Notes under the pieces: model-generated
Database searches by the model: none
What the model saw: only the letters and a program-made list of their open reading frames with translations
Told to the model about the DNA's origin: nothing
Shown: piece after piece, positions 26,722 through 39,763 of the stretch
Position numbering within the stretch: position 1 is the stretch's first letter
Layout: each line of letters begins with the position of its first letter
Made by a program: the position numbers and the translations under genes
Assembly (NCBI GenBank): GCA_951406725.2
Contig: OX597834.1
Location: forward strand, 46,190,001-46,254,000
Origin: Octopus vulgaris
Lineage: Eukaryota
Reading direction: 5' to 3'
Length of the DNA stretch: 64,000 nucleotides

Positions 26722-28551
26722 TTAAATTAAAATACATGAGCAGCAACAGTTCTCACATCGACAATGCTCTTCTCAATACGTGTGATGTACCAGTTAAGAC
26801 AATCTTTTGCACTTCTTGCAGGGATGGTAAGCCAGGGATCATTCTCATATAATTTTCGGTTCCCTTCTTGATCATTCCTAGTGCTCCTACGATCACTGGT
26901 ATTGTAACCGCCTTGAGATGCCACATTTTCTCAATTTCAATGAGTAGGTCTTTATATTTTCTGAGCTTGTCAAACTCTTTCGCTGAGATATTATGATCAC
27001 AGGGGATGCTCATGTCGATCAATAAGCGAACTTTATTGTTTTGGTCTTTCACAACAATATCTGGTTTATTGGCCTTGATGGTTCGGTCTGTATGTACTGG
27101 AAAGTCCCACAGAATGGTTACATTTTCTCCTTCAGTTACAGCCTCAGGGTGGTGATTATACCACTTGTCGGCAGTTTTGATATTGTAATGCCGACTTATT
27201 AGCCAGTGGAGATATTGGCCAACTCTGTCATGTCTTAATTTATACTCCACTGGTGCTAAGACTTTACATCCAGAGATTAGGTGGTTCACTGTTTCAATCA
27301 TGTCGTTGCAGAATCGGCATTTTGGGTCTGCTCCATTTTTCATCACATTGGCCTGGTAGTTCCGGGTTAATAGGCTTTGGTCTTGAGCAGCCAGGATGAA
27401 ACCTTCGCTCTCTGCTTTTAGCCCTGAGCTCCGCAGCCACTGATGGGTTTGCTTCTGGTCAACATCAGCTTGTTTGCTGCGGGTCACATATTTGCCGTGC
27501 AGAGGTTTCTCCTCCCACCTATCAGCCATTGCTCGTGCGCTTTTTTCATTGCCATCATTTTCACCTTCTTTGCAACAATAGTTGCCGTACTCCCCTCGGG
27601 TTGTTCAGTTTGGGTATCCTGCACGAGATCAATAGCAAATTTTCCACGAGCTTTAGCATCCAGTCATTCGATATTTCGAGATATTTGGCCAGTCCAATTG
27701 TGGTTGTTTTGTAAGCTAGTTCAAATTGGATCAGGCCTCGACCTCCTTGGGTTCTGGGAAGGTAAAGGCGATCTAAGTCTGCCTTTGGGTGGTGCATCCT
27801 ATTACAACTCAGCAGCTTGCGTATTTTTCTATCTATATTCTTTACTTCACTCATATTCCAGTTCAACACATTGTAGCTATAAGTAACAACTGGAACTGCT
27901 AAGGAATTTATAGCTAACACCTTGTTACGTGCATTTAGTTCAGATTTCAGGACTGCACGAACTCTCCTATAACATTCCTTCCTGATCTTCTCTTTCATGC
28001 TTGCATGCTGAATACCAGAGCCTTCATTTATCCCTAAATATTTGTATGTTTGTTCTTGCTCAAGCTCTCTTATGACTGTGTCAACATCTAACACGACTGA
28101 ATTTGTGGTCTTCACTTTCCCTTTCTGGAAAGTGGCCTTGGCACACTTCTCAAGTCCAAACTCCATCCCGATGTCATCGCTGAATGCTTTCACGGTGCGC
28201 AATAGGCCTTCAAGTTCATTATTGTCTTTACCATAAAGTTTTAAGTCATCCATATAAAATAGATGGCTTATTTTTTTATTGGCAATTTTATACCCATACC
28301 CTGTTCTGTTTAATTCACTTGTAAGGGGTATTAGGGCTATGCAGAATATTAAAGGTGAAAGTGAGTCACCTTGAAAAATTCCACAGTTGATGTTTATATT
28401 TTCTGAGGCAAGTACTCCATTAGAGTGGTATAATTGGAGATTCGTATTCCACAACGACATATTGTGCTTCAGGAAGTTTGAAATCACAGGGGAAATTTTG
28501 AAGATGTCCAGCGATCTCAAGATCCATGGATGCGGTATACTGTCGAAGGCC

Positions 28552-28557
<6 letters not shown>
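26573..28557 (-). mobile_element. R4/Dong-type RLE non-LTR retrotransposon, copy 1, 5'-truncated inside the RT
   Basis: KAFDSIPH, GIFQGDSLSP, HLFYMDDLKLY, YKYLG; CCHC knuckle CRFC..H..GC; RHD; RLE motif NKPDIVV..LIDMSIP; flanked by (TTA)n. Confidence 0.92.
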
Positions 28558-28632
<75 letters not shown>

Positions 28633-28685
28633 CATCATCATCATCATTATTATTATTATTATTATTATTATCATCATTATTATTA
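28558..28685. repeat. (TTA)n/(TCA)n microsatellite between the two R4/Dong copies
   Basis: Direct tandem repeat. Confidence 0.95.
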
Positions 28686-29815
28686 TTTTCCTTCTTGAAA
28701 TTTTCTTCCGTTTCTCGCTGAGCGTTTTTCGTACACCTAGGGCAGAGAAGCTCATTGTATGCATTCCCAGATTACACGCGCAAATTCACACAGGTAAAAC
28801 ATGTATTTAAAAAATTAATAAATAAATAAATTCATGAATGGATGTTGTTTTCACAGCGATAATGCTCTTCTCAGTACATGAGCCGTTCCAGTTAATACGA
28901 TTTTTTGCACTTCCTGTAGGGATGGTAAGCCTGGTATCATTTTCAAATAGGTTTCAGTACCTTTTTTTATCATTCCTAGGGATCCTACAATCACTAGTAC
29001 TGTAGTTGCCTTGAGATGCCACATTTTTTCCAATTTCTATTAGCAAGTCTTTATATTTACTAATCTTGTCAAATTCTTTCGCCTGCTATATTGTGATCAC
29101 AGGGAATACTCATGTCAATTAATAAACACACCTTTTTTTTGTCTGATCTTTTACAATAATATCCGGTTTATTAGCTTTTATAGTTTTGTCAGTATGTACG
29201 GGGAAGTCCAAGAGAACCGACACATTTTCTCCCACAGTCACAGCTTCAGGATGGTGTTTATACCATTTGTCAGCGGTTTTGATTTTATAATGCCAACATA
29301 TTGTCCAGTGTAAATATTGGCCGACTCTTTCTGCAGGTGCTAAGACTCTGCAACCTGAGATTAGGTGGTCCCATTTTTTAACACATTGTGTTGGTAGTTC
29401 CGGGTTAATAGGTTTTGGTCTTGAGCAACAAATATGAAACCTTCACTCTCTGCTTTTAGCCCTGAGCTTCGTAACTGTTGATGCGTGTGTTTCTGGTCGA
29501 CATCAGCTTGTTTACTACGGGCCACATACTTGCCATGCAGAGATTTCGGTTCCCATCTGCTAGCCAATTTTTCATGTGCTTTTGTCTTTGCAATTAATTT
29601 TATTTTCTTTGCAGAAGCAGTTGGCGCATTTCCTTCAACCTGATCAATCTGGTAGGTATCTAAGAGATCAGTAGCGAATTTTTTGCTCTCTTTCAGAATA
29701 GAGTGAAGAATTTTTCGGTCGTTCTTGTTTTTCAACAAGTTTTAGCATCCAATCGTTGGTTGTTTCAAGGTATTTGTCCAGTCCGATTGTGGTGATTTTG
29801 TACGTAAGTTCAATT
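28686..29815 (-). mobile_element. R4/Dong-type element, copy 2, shorter and more decayed
   Basis: LHGKYV..SSGLKAESEGFI and EKMWHLKA..VQKIVLTGTAHVLRRAL homologous to copy 1; same 3' UTR end. Confidence 0.9.
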
Positions 29816-30104
29816 TACTATTATTAGTAAATTATTAGTAAATTTACAACTAGTCGGAGGCCGGAACTATATTTTGAATGCACGGAGCTTCAAAAACCTC
29901 GAAAAATTGCTCAGAAACTTGCAGCTGTCTGAGAAGTTCCGACCGGATTTTCTTGATTTGCCACGGTAGAGATGGAGCAACAACTTCGAGTCGCCCATTT
30001 CGTATCTAAATAGCGTATTTGTTCGGTTAGTGTATAGGAATAGCGTAACATGTTCGCAGTTCAAAATGGTCGGCTACATAAACCACAAATTTGTGATCTG
30101 CTCA

Positions 30105-30142
<38 letters not shown>

Positions 30143-30227
30143 TTCGAGACAAAACCACTATTTTGCAAAACAAACAAGGAAAGACTTAATCAAAACATAA
30201 AAATTTTTAATATAAAGAAATAAACCG

Positions 30228-30270
30228 CCACTACAATCGTTTCATGTCTTCAATGACATTCGTCAGGTGG
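30228..30270 (-). ncRNA. Minimal type I hammerhead ribozyme, mirror copy
   Basis: Reverse complement of 30314-30356. Confidence 0.8.
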
Positions 30271-30313
30271 ATTTATGAAGTCATAAATTAAAACAGATTA
30301 GGAGATCGAAAAT

Positions 30314-30356
30314 CCACCTGACGAATGTCATTGAAGACATGAAACGATTGTAGTGG
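30314..30356 (+). ncRNA. Minimal type I hammerhead ribozyme
   Basis: ccac-CTGACGA-atgtc(attgaa)gacat-GAAA-c(gatt)g-TA-gtgg: stems I, II and III plus full core; GUA cleavage triplet at 30350-30352. Confidence 0.8.
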
Positions 30357-30535
30357 CGGTTTATTTCTTTATATTAAAAATTTTTATGTTTTGATTAAGT
30401 CTTTCCTTGTTTGTTTTGCAAAATAGTGGTTTTGTCTCGAATTAATATTATATAATATTTTACTATAAAATTGGATTTAATCCTAAATCTGATTTTTTCC
30501 CTGTAAATTTGGATTTATTCCCTAGTATTTATTAT

Positions 30536-30574
<39 letters not shown>

Positions 30575-30576
<2 letters not shown>

Positions 30577-31950
30577 CGTATACAGTTTTCCGGTCACTGG
30601 AAACTGAATGCGCCCTTACTGCCACGCTAAGAATACAGGGATAGAACTAGTGAACTAGTTAAGCGCCAGTTGACGGGTAGAATCGTCAACAACCGGTCGT
30701 GGATCGCCGTGAAGAGTGCGATAGTGTTTGGCAAAAAACTAGCAATAGAAAGAAATAGATTAAAGGGAGAACTGGTTAGCAACCTAGGTAATGCGATTAT
30801 TAAAGGCATGAGGGTTTATATGCTAGAGTCAAAAAATAGCCATTGACTGGTACTTCGTGATAAAACACGAAGGAGACGTTGTCAGTGCTAAGGGCCGTGC
30901 AATCAAATCCGTAGTACCTAAAATGTCCGATTGGTCTGCACGGTGTAAGCATCATATGATAACAAGATCACGTTCCCGAGGTACGACTTTCCGCAGCTCG
31001 TCTGTGCTGAGGTGAGGGGAAAACCGAGACTGGGAACCTAGACCGAGAGACCTAGAGTGTCGTCAGGCGCTCACAACCCTTTAATATTCGGACACTGGGA
31101 TTGGTGGGTGCAATATATAGAGGACTAGTGGCGGGATTTCATGACGACGTTCACGGCAGACTGTGAGCGTCGACGAAAACGAACTGGCAAGTTTGTTCCG
31201 GGGGACTTTCTGGATAACTTTCAAAAGTCCTTGGCATGGCAGTACCACCGAGGGGCGATACCAGTTTGAGATAAACTCTATAGGCGCTGATAGGACGGGC
31301 TTGTCCGAGGTGCACACTGAATGACGAAACAGTTTTACATGAACTTGCTCAGTGTTGGAGCATTGCTTACTTGTGATTTTATGTCTAACAGCTTCGGTCG
31401 CATGTGGGACAGATCCCAGTTGGTTACTTCGCCGCCTTCCTTTAATGTAGAGGCACGGCAGTTTTCTTTCGCCTGGTTGCTATTGCAAAAAGAGGTGGTC
31501 TGGTGGATGAGACCGGAAGATATGAGGACAGACTCTTTCCTTTTATGTAGATCCCTCATCGAGTTTTTCAAGTTTTACTTAAAAAGGAAATTGAAGGTAA
31601 AGAGGAGCTGTTGTCCCCGAACGAATTTACTGATAGGTGGGAGAAAGTGATAAAAATGGCAAGAGTGAATGACACTGCTCAAAGAATAGAACTGTGAGTC
31701 GGAGAAGAGGATTTGTAGAGGGTACTTGTCTTTTTGCTCAAAAAGATCGTGTACAGGGTTCTTCGATCGCCTTCGGAGCTCCTTTGTACCAGGAGAATCA
31801 CACAGCCATCACCATTTTCTTACTGATATATACTATGTACATTTCTTTCTTTTTTCATTTATTATGTATACCAACTTTTTCTGTTATTTCAAACTGGGTA
31901 AACCTCCCTCTTTTTATGTCTGTTACCCAAGTGGCAAATAAAAGAAATCG
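30575..31950 (+). mobile_element. Tx1/L1-like LINE remnant lacking a recognisable RT core
   Basis: GHWKLNAPLL (post-endonuclease motif, about 30590); DNFQKSLAWQYHRGAIP; CPRCTLNDETVLHELAQC zinc knuckle (about 31300); KEVVWW.R; 3' end aataaaagaaat. Confidence 0.75.
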
Positions 31951-32325
31951 TCGTTGTTGTTGTTGTTGTTACTATTATTATTGTGTGTGATTTATTTCGT
32001 CACATCATTGGTTATGCCTTTTAAAGTTTGTTTATTGCTTCTCATTTAACACTTGAAGGATTCTTAAATCAAATCTCATCGGTGAGAATCTAACCGTTGT
32101 CTATAAAGTTATTTCGAGGTGAAGAATTTGTCTCTCACTTAAAATCTCATAGCTTTGAATAGACTGCATCTTATTTTGAGGTTTTTGTATGTAAGTATAT
32201 ATATGTAGATATATGTATATGCGTGTGTTTACGTATGTGTGTGAGTGTGTATTCAAATATACATCTCTGTAATTATATATATATATTATAACATAATATA
32301 ATATAATACAATATGTGTGTATGTG

Positions 32326-32369
<44 letters not shown>

Positions 32370-32799
32370 TATATCTACGTGGGAGTTTTTGTGTGTGTAT
32401 GTACATATAGGTATGTGTATATATGTATATATGTATATCCACACACACTCACACACAGAGCATATTAGGGCTAAATTGAGTGCTTTTGTTTTGTTTTCTT
32501 TCTTTAGAAATAACTTGATTCATTGGTGAACAGTGAATAGCGATGGAGAGCATAAATATTAAAGTTGTAGTTGAGAGAAATGTGGTTGATATGTAAGACT
32601 GAATGCCATCTGAGAAATGGAAAAGAGTTACCTCTATCAGACCGATTCGTGGCGGGTATCAAAATGCCCACATTGTGTCTGCTGCTCAATGCTCTGTAAA
32701 CATCGTAAAGGCTATAAGACGTAACAGAAATAGCTGCCACGGATACTAAGAGGCCAGCAGGCGTTTTGACTGCATCCGCACGCCGAAAGTCACCACCAC

Positions 32800-33895
32800 A
32801 GCTTTGAATAGAGTTATTGTGGTTATAAAGGCTGAGCATAGTGATTTAGAAATATCCAGATCTTTCTTCTACAAAGTTTTTAAGGAACTGAAGACTGACA
32901 ACAAAAAAAGCATTCTAAACGTTCTGAAATCCTCAGAATACTTGAATTTATCCAGCAAGTTTAACAGATCATTGGTTACAATCCAGAAAGTCCCAGAGGT
33001 CAATTGCAAAATATTTCCATGTGTCGGAAGGAACACGAAGACATATTGTCCACGAAGACATATTGTCCACGAAGACATCTGATAAAATCTGATAAAGTCT
33101 TATATGATAAGGAAAGGTCAATTTGTCAAAAGAAAAATCAAAAGAAAAGCACTACATCAGATCTAAGAAAGTTTTTAAACGAACTGAAAAATCCAGCAGA
33201 AAAAGATTTGATTTGGTTTCTCTCAAACGAGAAAAACTTCGACCAAGATCAAAACGTTAACAGAAGAAATGACAGATGGCTGTGTGCAGACTTTTCTGAA
33301 GTTCAAAGTGTTATGCATACAAAATTTTCTGCAACTGTCATGGTTTTATGGGTTGTCAGCAATGAGGGACATGTGATGCCTCCTTACTTCTTTCTACGAC
33401 TTAAAGTTAACTCTGCTACCTACATTTAAGTCCTGGAAATAATTATTAAGCCCCGGGTAAACAGTGTATGCAATGTTAGGCCATATGTGTTTCAGTAAGA
33501 CTCTGCACTATCCCACATGGCTCCAGTAACAGGAATGGATGGTTGAAACTTTTCATGATCACATAACTCCTAACATTTGGCCCCTTATTACCCCAGATCT
33601 CAATCCATTGGACTATTACTTGTGGAGTGTTGTTGAGAGAGAGGTCAATGAACACGCCTATAACACCAAAGATCATTTGAAGGCTGCCTTAGTAAATTAG
33701 TGTCCAAAATGAACCACTTAATTCGAGCATGTAGATGATTTACATCTCATATAGAAGCAGTTGTTGAAGCTGAAGGTGACCTTATTGAATAACATTATAG
33801 AAAAGAAGGTTTATCTTTATCCTCATAGCAGTTTATATATATGGGGTTTTTTTATAAACATAAATCTATCCTGAAATATCTTACGCACCTTCTAC
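32800..33895 (+). mobile_element. Tc1/mariner-superfamily DD37D (maT-type) transposase pseudogene
   Basis: FLSNEKNF, VMVLWVVS, FQ*DSALSH, WP...PDLNPLDYYLWS; 37-residue D-D spacing if a 2-nt deletion near 33530 is restored. Confidence 0.82.
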
Positions 33896-33934
<39 letters not shown>

Positions 33935-34187
33935 ATATGATAGTTTCCGTCTGGCAAATATAGTAGGAAACATTTGTGTAGAGTGCCATGCAGTGGGATT
34001 GAACCCAGAACCATGTGGTTAAGAAGCAGCATGAAGAATGTGCAAAGTCTCTGTATATTCAGCGTCACTCATTATTTACATTGTTGTCAAACTCCTCCAG
34101 TTTTAAGTGCATCGTTTCAAGATACGTTTTTCCGTTTGTACATCATACGTTTAATCTTGTACACATATATGCACACACACACGCGCG

Positions 34188-34231
<44 letters not shown>

Positions 34232-34376
34232 GGCAGACAGACAGACAGAGATAGAGTCGGAGACTGAAAGAAATGATTAAATACGCAGGAATTTACATGT
34301 ATACACACACAAGCACACACACATATGCATACATACACCGATATATATATATGAATCTACATACTTGTATATGTAG

Positions 34377-34419
<43 letters not shown>

Positions 34420-34428
34420 GATAGACAT

Positions 34429-34532
<104 letters not shown>

Positions 34533-34621
34533 TATAGATAGATAGATATTATATAAACAGGTCTATAGATAATAAATATATATGCATACACAGATACAAA
34601 CACACACATATATACATATAC

Positions 34622-34694
<73 letters not shown>

Positions 34695-35073
34695 ACATAT
34701 GCCAACGTATACACGGCCACAATGAATACTTATTGTATAAACAAGTGATCATTGATTACCAAAAACGTCGATATCAAAACGATATCAAAACAATACATGA
34801 AGAAGTATTCGGTAGACACGAAATAGCGAAATCGGCAATTTATTGGTTATATTTTAGATACATCTGCTCCCTGCTCTGTGCCTTCACAGCCCCTTCAGCT
34901 GTTTCAAGCAAGTATCACTTTGAAAGATGACCTTCTGATGCTGGAGAAGACAAACAAAATTGTTTTCCGTTTACGAACATTAATAGACAAGTTATTGGAC
35001 AACAGCAATTCAATTGGTTTGGATGGATGGAAATATTGATAAATATAATAAACATACTTACAGCTATATATAC

Positions 35074-35197
<124 letters not shown>

Positions 35198-35280
35198 TAT
35201 ACGTGTGCTTATACTTACATGTGTGTGCGCGCGTGTATATTTGTATTATGTATGTGCTTGTGCGTGTGCGTTGTACATAC

Positions 35281-35317
<37 letters not shown>

Positions 35318-35560
35318 CTTTACGCATGTATGCGTACAGCTAAACATATAGATGCAATTATATGTATAGATATATATATATAATTGCATGCATATGTACG
35401 TTTATGCCTAGATACACATATATACTTTTTACATAGGTCGTATCTGTGGGTATATATAATGCGCGCATGCGTAGGCTAATGTGCAGTATCCAACTTTATC
35501 TGTCCCTCTCCCAATAAAGTGTCTATATCTGTACATGTATGTATGCATGTATGTATGTAT

Positions 35561-35658
<98 letters not shown>

Positions 35659-35930
35659 GTATATCATAATTCAATATCTCTAAATTTTACTGTCGAGTGT
35701 CACACTGGATAGGTTATGAAAATCAACCATTGAAACCCAGGATCGATAAACGATGCATAAATAAGCACACAAAACGATGATGTTGTTAATGACGAGGAAT
35801 AGGAGGAGGAGGACGAGGAGGAGGAGGAGGACGAGGACTGTCGTGGTAGTTGTAGTGGTAAGGAGGATAGTATTACTGTTGGTTATATTATTGGTGGAGG
35901 TGATGGTAAGGATGATGATCGTGGTGGTTT

Positions 35931-35964
<34 letters not shown>

Positions 35965-36419
35965 TAGTAGTAGTAGTAGTAGTAATAGTAGTAGTAGTAG
36001 TATTTGTTTTTGCTGGTGGTGGTGGTGGTGGTGGTGGTGGTATGATTATGTGATGAAGATGTTGATGCTAGCTCTGGTGGTATTGGTGGTAGATGTAGTG
36101 AGGGCGGTTGTGGTTGTTGTTGTGGTAGTAGTAGTTTCGGTGACAGTGGTCTAAGTTGTTGTTGTTATTGTTGTTGTGGTGGTGGTGGTGGTGGTGGTGG
36201 TGGTTGTATTGTTAATTTTCTTGTTGATGTTGTTGCACCTGTGGCCTCGGTATTAGTTATAAGTGTAACTATATCTTTTCTCTATTGAAACTTCCACGCA
36301 AATTCGAATTATTTGAAATATTGCTCAAGAACCTAAGCGACGGTGGGGACGGTGATGCTGCAGGCGGTGCTGATGGTGACGATGGTGGAACTGATCAATC
36401 TTGAAGGCAGTGAAACTTT

Positions 36420-37510
36420 AAAGCTTAGTAAGAAAAAAACCTACTTTTCGCCTCTTTGTTCTGGTCTTCGTTGCTCTGAGTTCAAACCCTGTTGAATTCA
36501 GTTTTCGCTTTTATCCTTTCGGATGCGATCGATAAAAATCAAATACCCTTGTTGTGGATTGATGGAATAATTGTAAGAGCATAGGACTATTTTGTTGCAT
36601 TTCATTGTTTTATATTCCTTGAAGGATAATAATAGCTTTCTTACCTTTTGCTATAAGGGCCTAGCAGTGAGGTCTTTTATCCCCTGTGTGATTATTCTGA
36701 CGCAATATTGAAGGCAAATCTGTGTATTGGTGGTAATCCTTGTTTTTCTTTTCTATTCCTTACGTCACAGGTTTTGAACAATACAGGTACACACCTTCAA
36801 AACATAACTTTTTCGTATTTGTTCTGGCCTCCGTGGCTCTGAGTTCAAGCCCTGTTGAATTCAGTTTTCGCTTTTATCCTTTCGAGGGTCGATAAAAATC
36901 AAACACTTTTGCTGCATATTGATGGAATGATCCTAAGAGTACTGGACGAAATGCGAGTTTAATTTATCGCAGCTCACTGTGATTCATAGGCATAGCTTTC
37001 TCAGCTCGTTTAATAAGGACCAAGCAGCGAGGTCCTTGTTTTCCCTGGGTGGTGATTATTCTGGTGCAATATTGAAGGCATGTCTGTGTATTGGCAATAA
37101 TTTTTCTTGTGTATTTTTCTGCTCCTCACGCAGCAGGAAGTGAATAATAAAGGTTCAAACGTTTAAAACTTACTTTTCTCATGCTTATTCCATCGTTCAT
37201 GACTCTGAGTTAAAACGCTGTTGAATTCAATTTTTGCTTTAATCCTTTCGGGGGGGGGGTGTCGTAAAATTAAACACCCCTGCTGCGAATTGATGAAATG
37301 GTCGCAATGTCATTACACGAGATGCGAGACAAATTGGGTCATTTTGCTGCAGCTCACTCTGTTTCATATTCCTAGAGGGACAGGCATAGCTTTCTTACCT
37401 TGTTTCATAAGGGCCAGGCAGCGAGGCATTTTTCCCTAGGTGGAATTATTCTGGCGTAATATTATAGGCAGCCCTTTGGATTGAGGATAATCTTCCTTGT
37501 TTGTTTATTC
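36420..37510 (+). repeat. Three diverged tandem units of about 360 bp, each containing a SINE-B-derived segment
   Basis: ctctgagtt..ctgttgaattca..atcctttcg recurs near 36474, 36837 and 37203; tagctttct..ataagg recurs near 36633, 36993 and 37387. Confidence 0.85.
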
Positions 37511-38124
37511 CTCGCTCGTCAAATACTCAATTCGTACTCCTACAGATACACACGTTGAATACTCTTCGCATTCCTAAAGTTCATACTCACTCTTGCCCTA
37601 ATAACACAAAGCCAAATATCATGTAGTATTTCTACTTGCTTTTTAGGCTCTAGTTTCAAATCTCACCTCAATCAATTTTGTCTTTGATCGTTCAGGGGTC
37701 AATAAAATAAAGTACCATTCAAGTACGAGGATCGATGACATCGAGTGACACCCCTGCTCCCTTCTAAAATTCTTGGCTTTGTGCCAAAATTTGAAACAAT
37801 TATGAAGCACTTTTATATGTTTGTGTGTTTGTGTGTGTTTTATTCATATGTTACTATACAGCGCTCTTGTGCAGTTGCGTACTCATGTACCAAGTTAATT
37901 GCAGTGTTATGCATGTGAGTATGTCTGCGCATGCGCGTGTGTAAATATTTATGTATATATTTATACTAACTAACGTACATACATATATAGAGCCATACAT
38001 ACTGACATGCTTTATTGTACTTTATAACATTAATATGCTACCATATTGTATTTTTGTTATAATTTAATACAGTAATTATTTGTGTACATACATACATACA
38101 TACATACATACATACATACATACA

Positions 38125-38157
<33 letters not shown>

Positions 38158-38346
38158 GGTTGTTTATCTATGGTATGTCTATGTATTATTATGTTTCATT
38201 TATATAAATTACTGCATTAAATTATATTTATATTGTATTATATTGGTAAATAGATTTAATGTATTGTACAGATGCTTTTATTCATTGATTTGTATATGTA
38301 TATAATTTGATTGTACGCCCACTACACTTCTGCCCCGCTCCTACTA

Positions 38347-38412
<66 letters not shown>

Positions 38413-38585
38413 CTCTCTCTATATATATATATATATATCTAGCCATCTACCTCTATAGCGATCTAGCAACCCATCCATTTATGTATCTAACTAGTTGTCT
38501 ATCTCTCTAACTATCTATCTATCTATCTATCTATCTTATCTATCCCCCTATCTATCTTTCCATCTATTTATCTATCTATCTATAC

Positions 38586-38656
<71 letters not shown>

Positions 38657-38826
38657 TCTATCTAGCTAGCTATGTTTGTCCATTTACCTATCTATACTTG
38701 TTTGCGTGTATAATTATACATAAATATAATTATTTATATGATTTATTTGAATATATCTATAATGGCGTACTTCAATATATGTATGTACGTACATATGTTA
38801 ATACGTAAGTATGTCTGTGAATATGT

Positions 38827-38875
<49 letters not shown>

Positions 38876-39194
38876 TACATATATGTATATAGAGAGAAAG
38901 AGAGACAGAGTGACAGACAGTCAGATAGACAGACAGACGGACAGACAAGTAGGCAGGCAATGAGGATGTGAGAGAAGTTTTTAGATAGACAGATAGATAG
39001 ACAGATAGATAGATGTATATATATATATATATACATGATTACATATATATGTGTGTGTGCGTGGGTGTGTGCGTGTGTATATCTATTATATCCATGCATA
39101 TGATTAGATACATAAAACAAGTATATAATTATATTTATCTCCAATGACGTACGTATTATCCATTATGTAATTTATCATATTTCATAATGTGCAT

Positions 39195-39480
39195 ACAAGG
39201 CTTGAACAAAAATCCCGGCGTTGGTGCGATAAAAACGAAAACCATTTAATATATAAATTCTTCATCGAATCTCTTTCGAATTGGTCCCTTTCTGAAGCCA
39301 CACTCTCCATCCAGCGTCGTTTCCATGAATGGAAGCATTCCTGGAACTGCCTTTTTAGAGATAATGAGCAGCCGTTACGAACGCTTTCCTTTGGATTTCC
39401 TCGACGTCTCGAAATCTTGATGGGGGTTTTCCTCCTCGAAGACTGAGGCTTGGTTTCTGGGACATAACCACTGACCGAGA
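39195..39480 (-). mobile_element. Mariner transposase C-terminal fragment and right end
   Basis: QFQECFHSWKRRWMESVASERDQFE matches the mariner C-terminal pattern. Confidence 0.7.
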
Positions 39481-39532
39481 TTAGTGACCTGTTAAGACCG
39501 TTTTTAAAAAAATTTTCATCTTCCTCGACACA

Positions 39533-39747
39533 ATCATTTCTACTATAGGCACAAGGCCTGAAATTTGGGGGGAGGGGACAGTCGATTTCATCGGCCCCGG
39601 TACGCAACTGGTACTCAATTTATCGACGCCGAAAGGATGAAAGTCGAAGTCGATCTCGGCGGAATTTGAACTCAGAACGTAGCAACGGGCGAAATACGGC
39701 TAAGCACTTCGTCCGGCATGCCAAGGTTTTTGCCAGCTCGCCGCCTT
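39533..39747 (-). mobile_element. SINE family B
   Basis: Reverse complement of the 21200 head and body. Confidence 0.85.
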
Positions 39748-39763
39748 TCTTCGTCGCCACAGT

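Larger units (their letters stand above)
30130..30535. mobile_element. Palindrome with 145-bp arms (30130-30274 and 30310-30454) plus a one-sided tail; Penelope-like inverted pLTR
   Basis: Arms are reverse complements with a 35-nt spacer; contain a hammerhead core; tail shared with 13264-13342. Confidence 0.85.
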
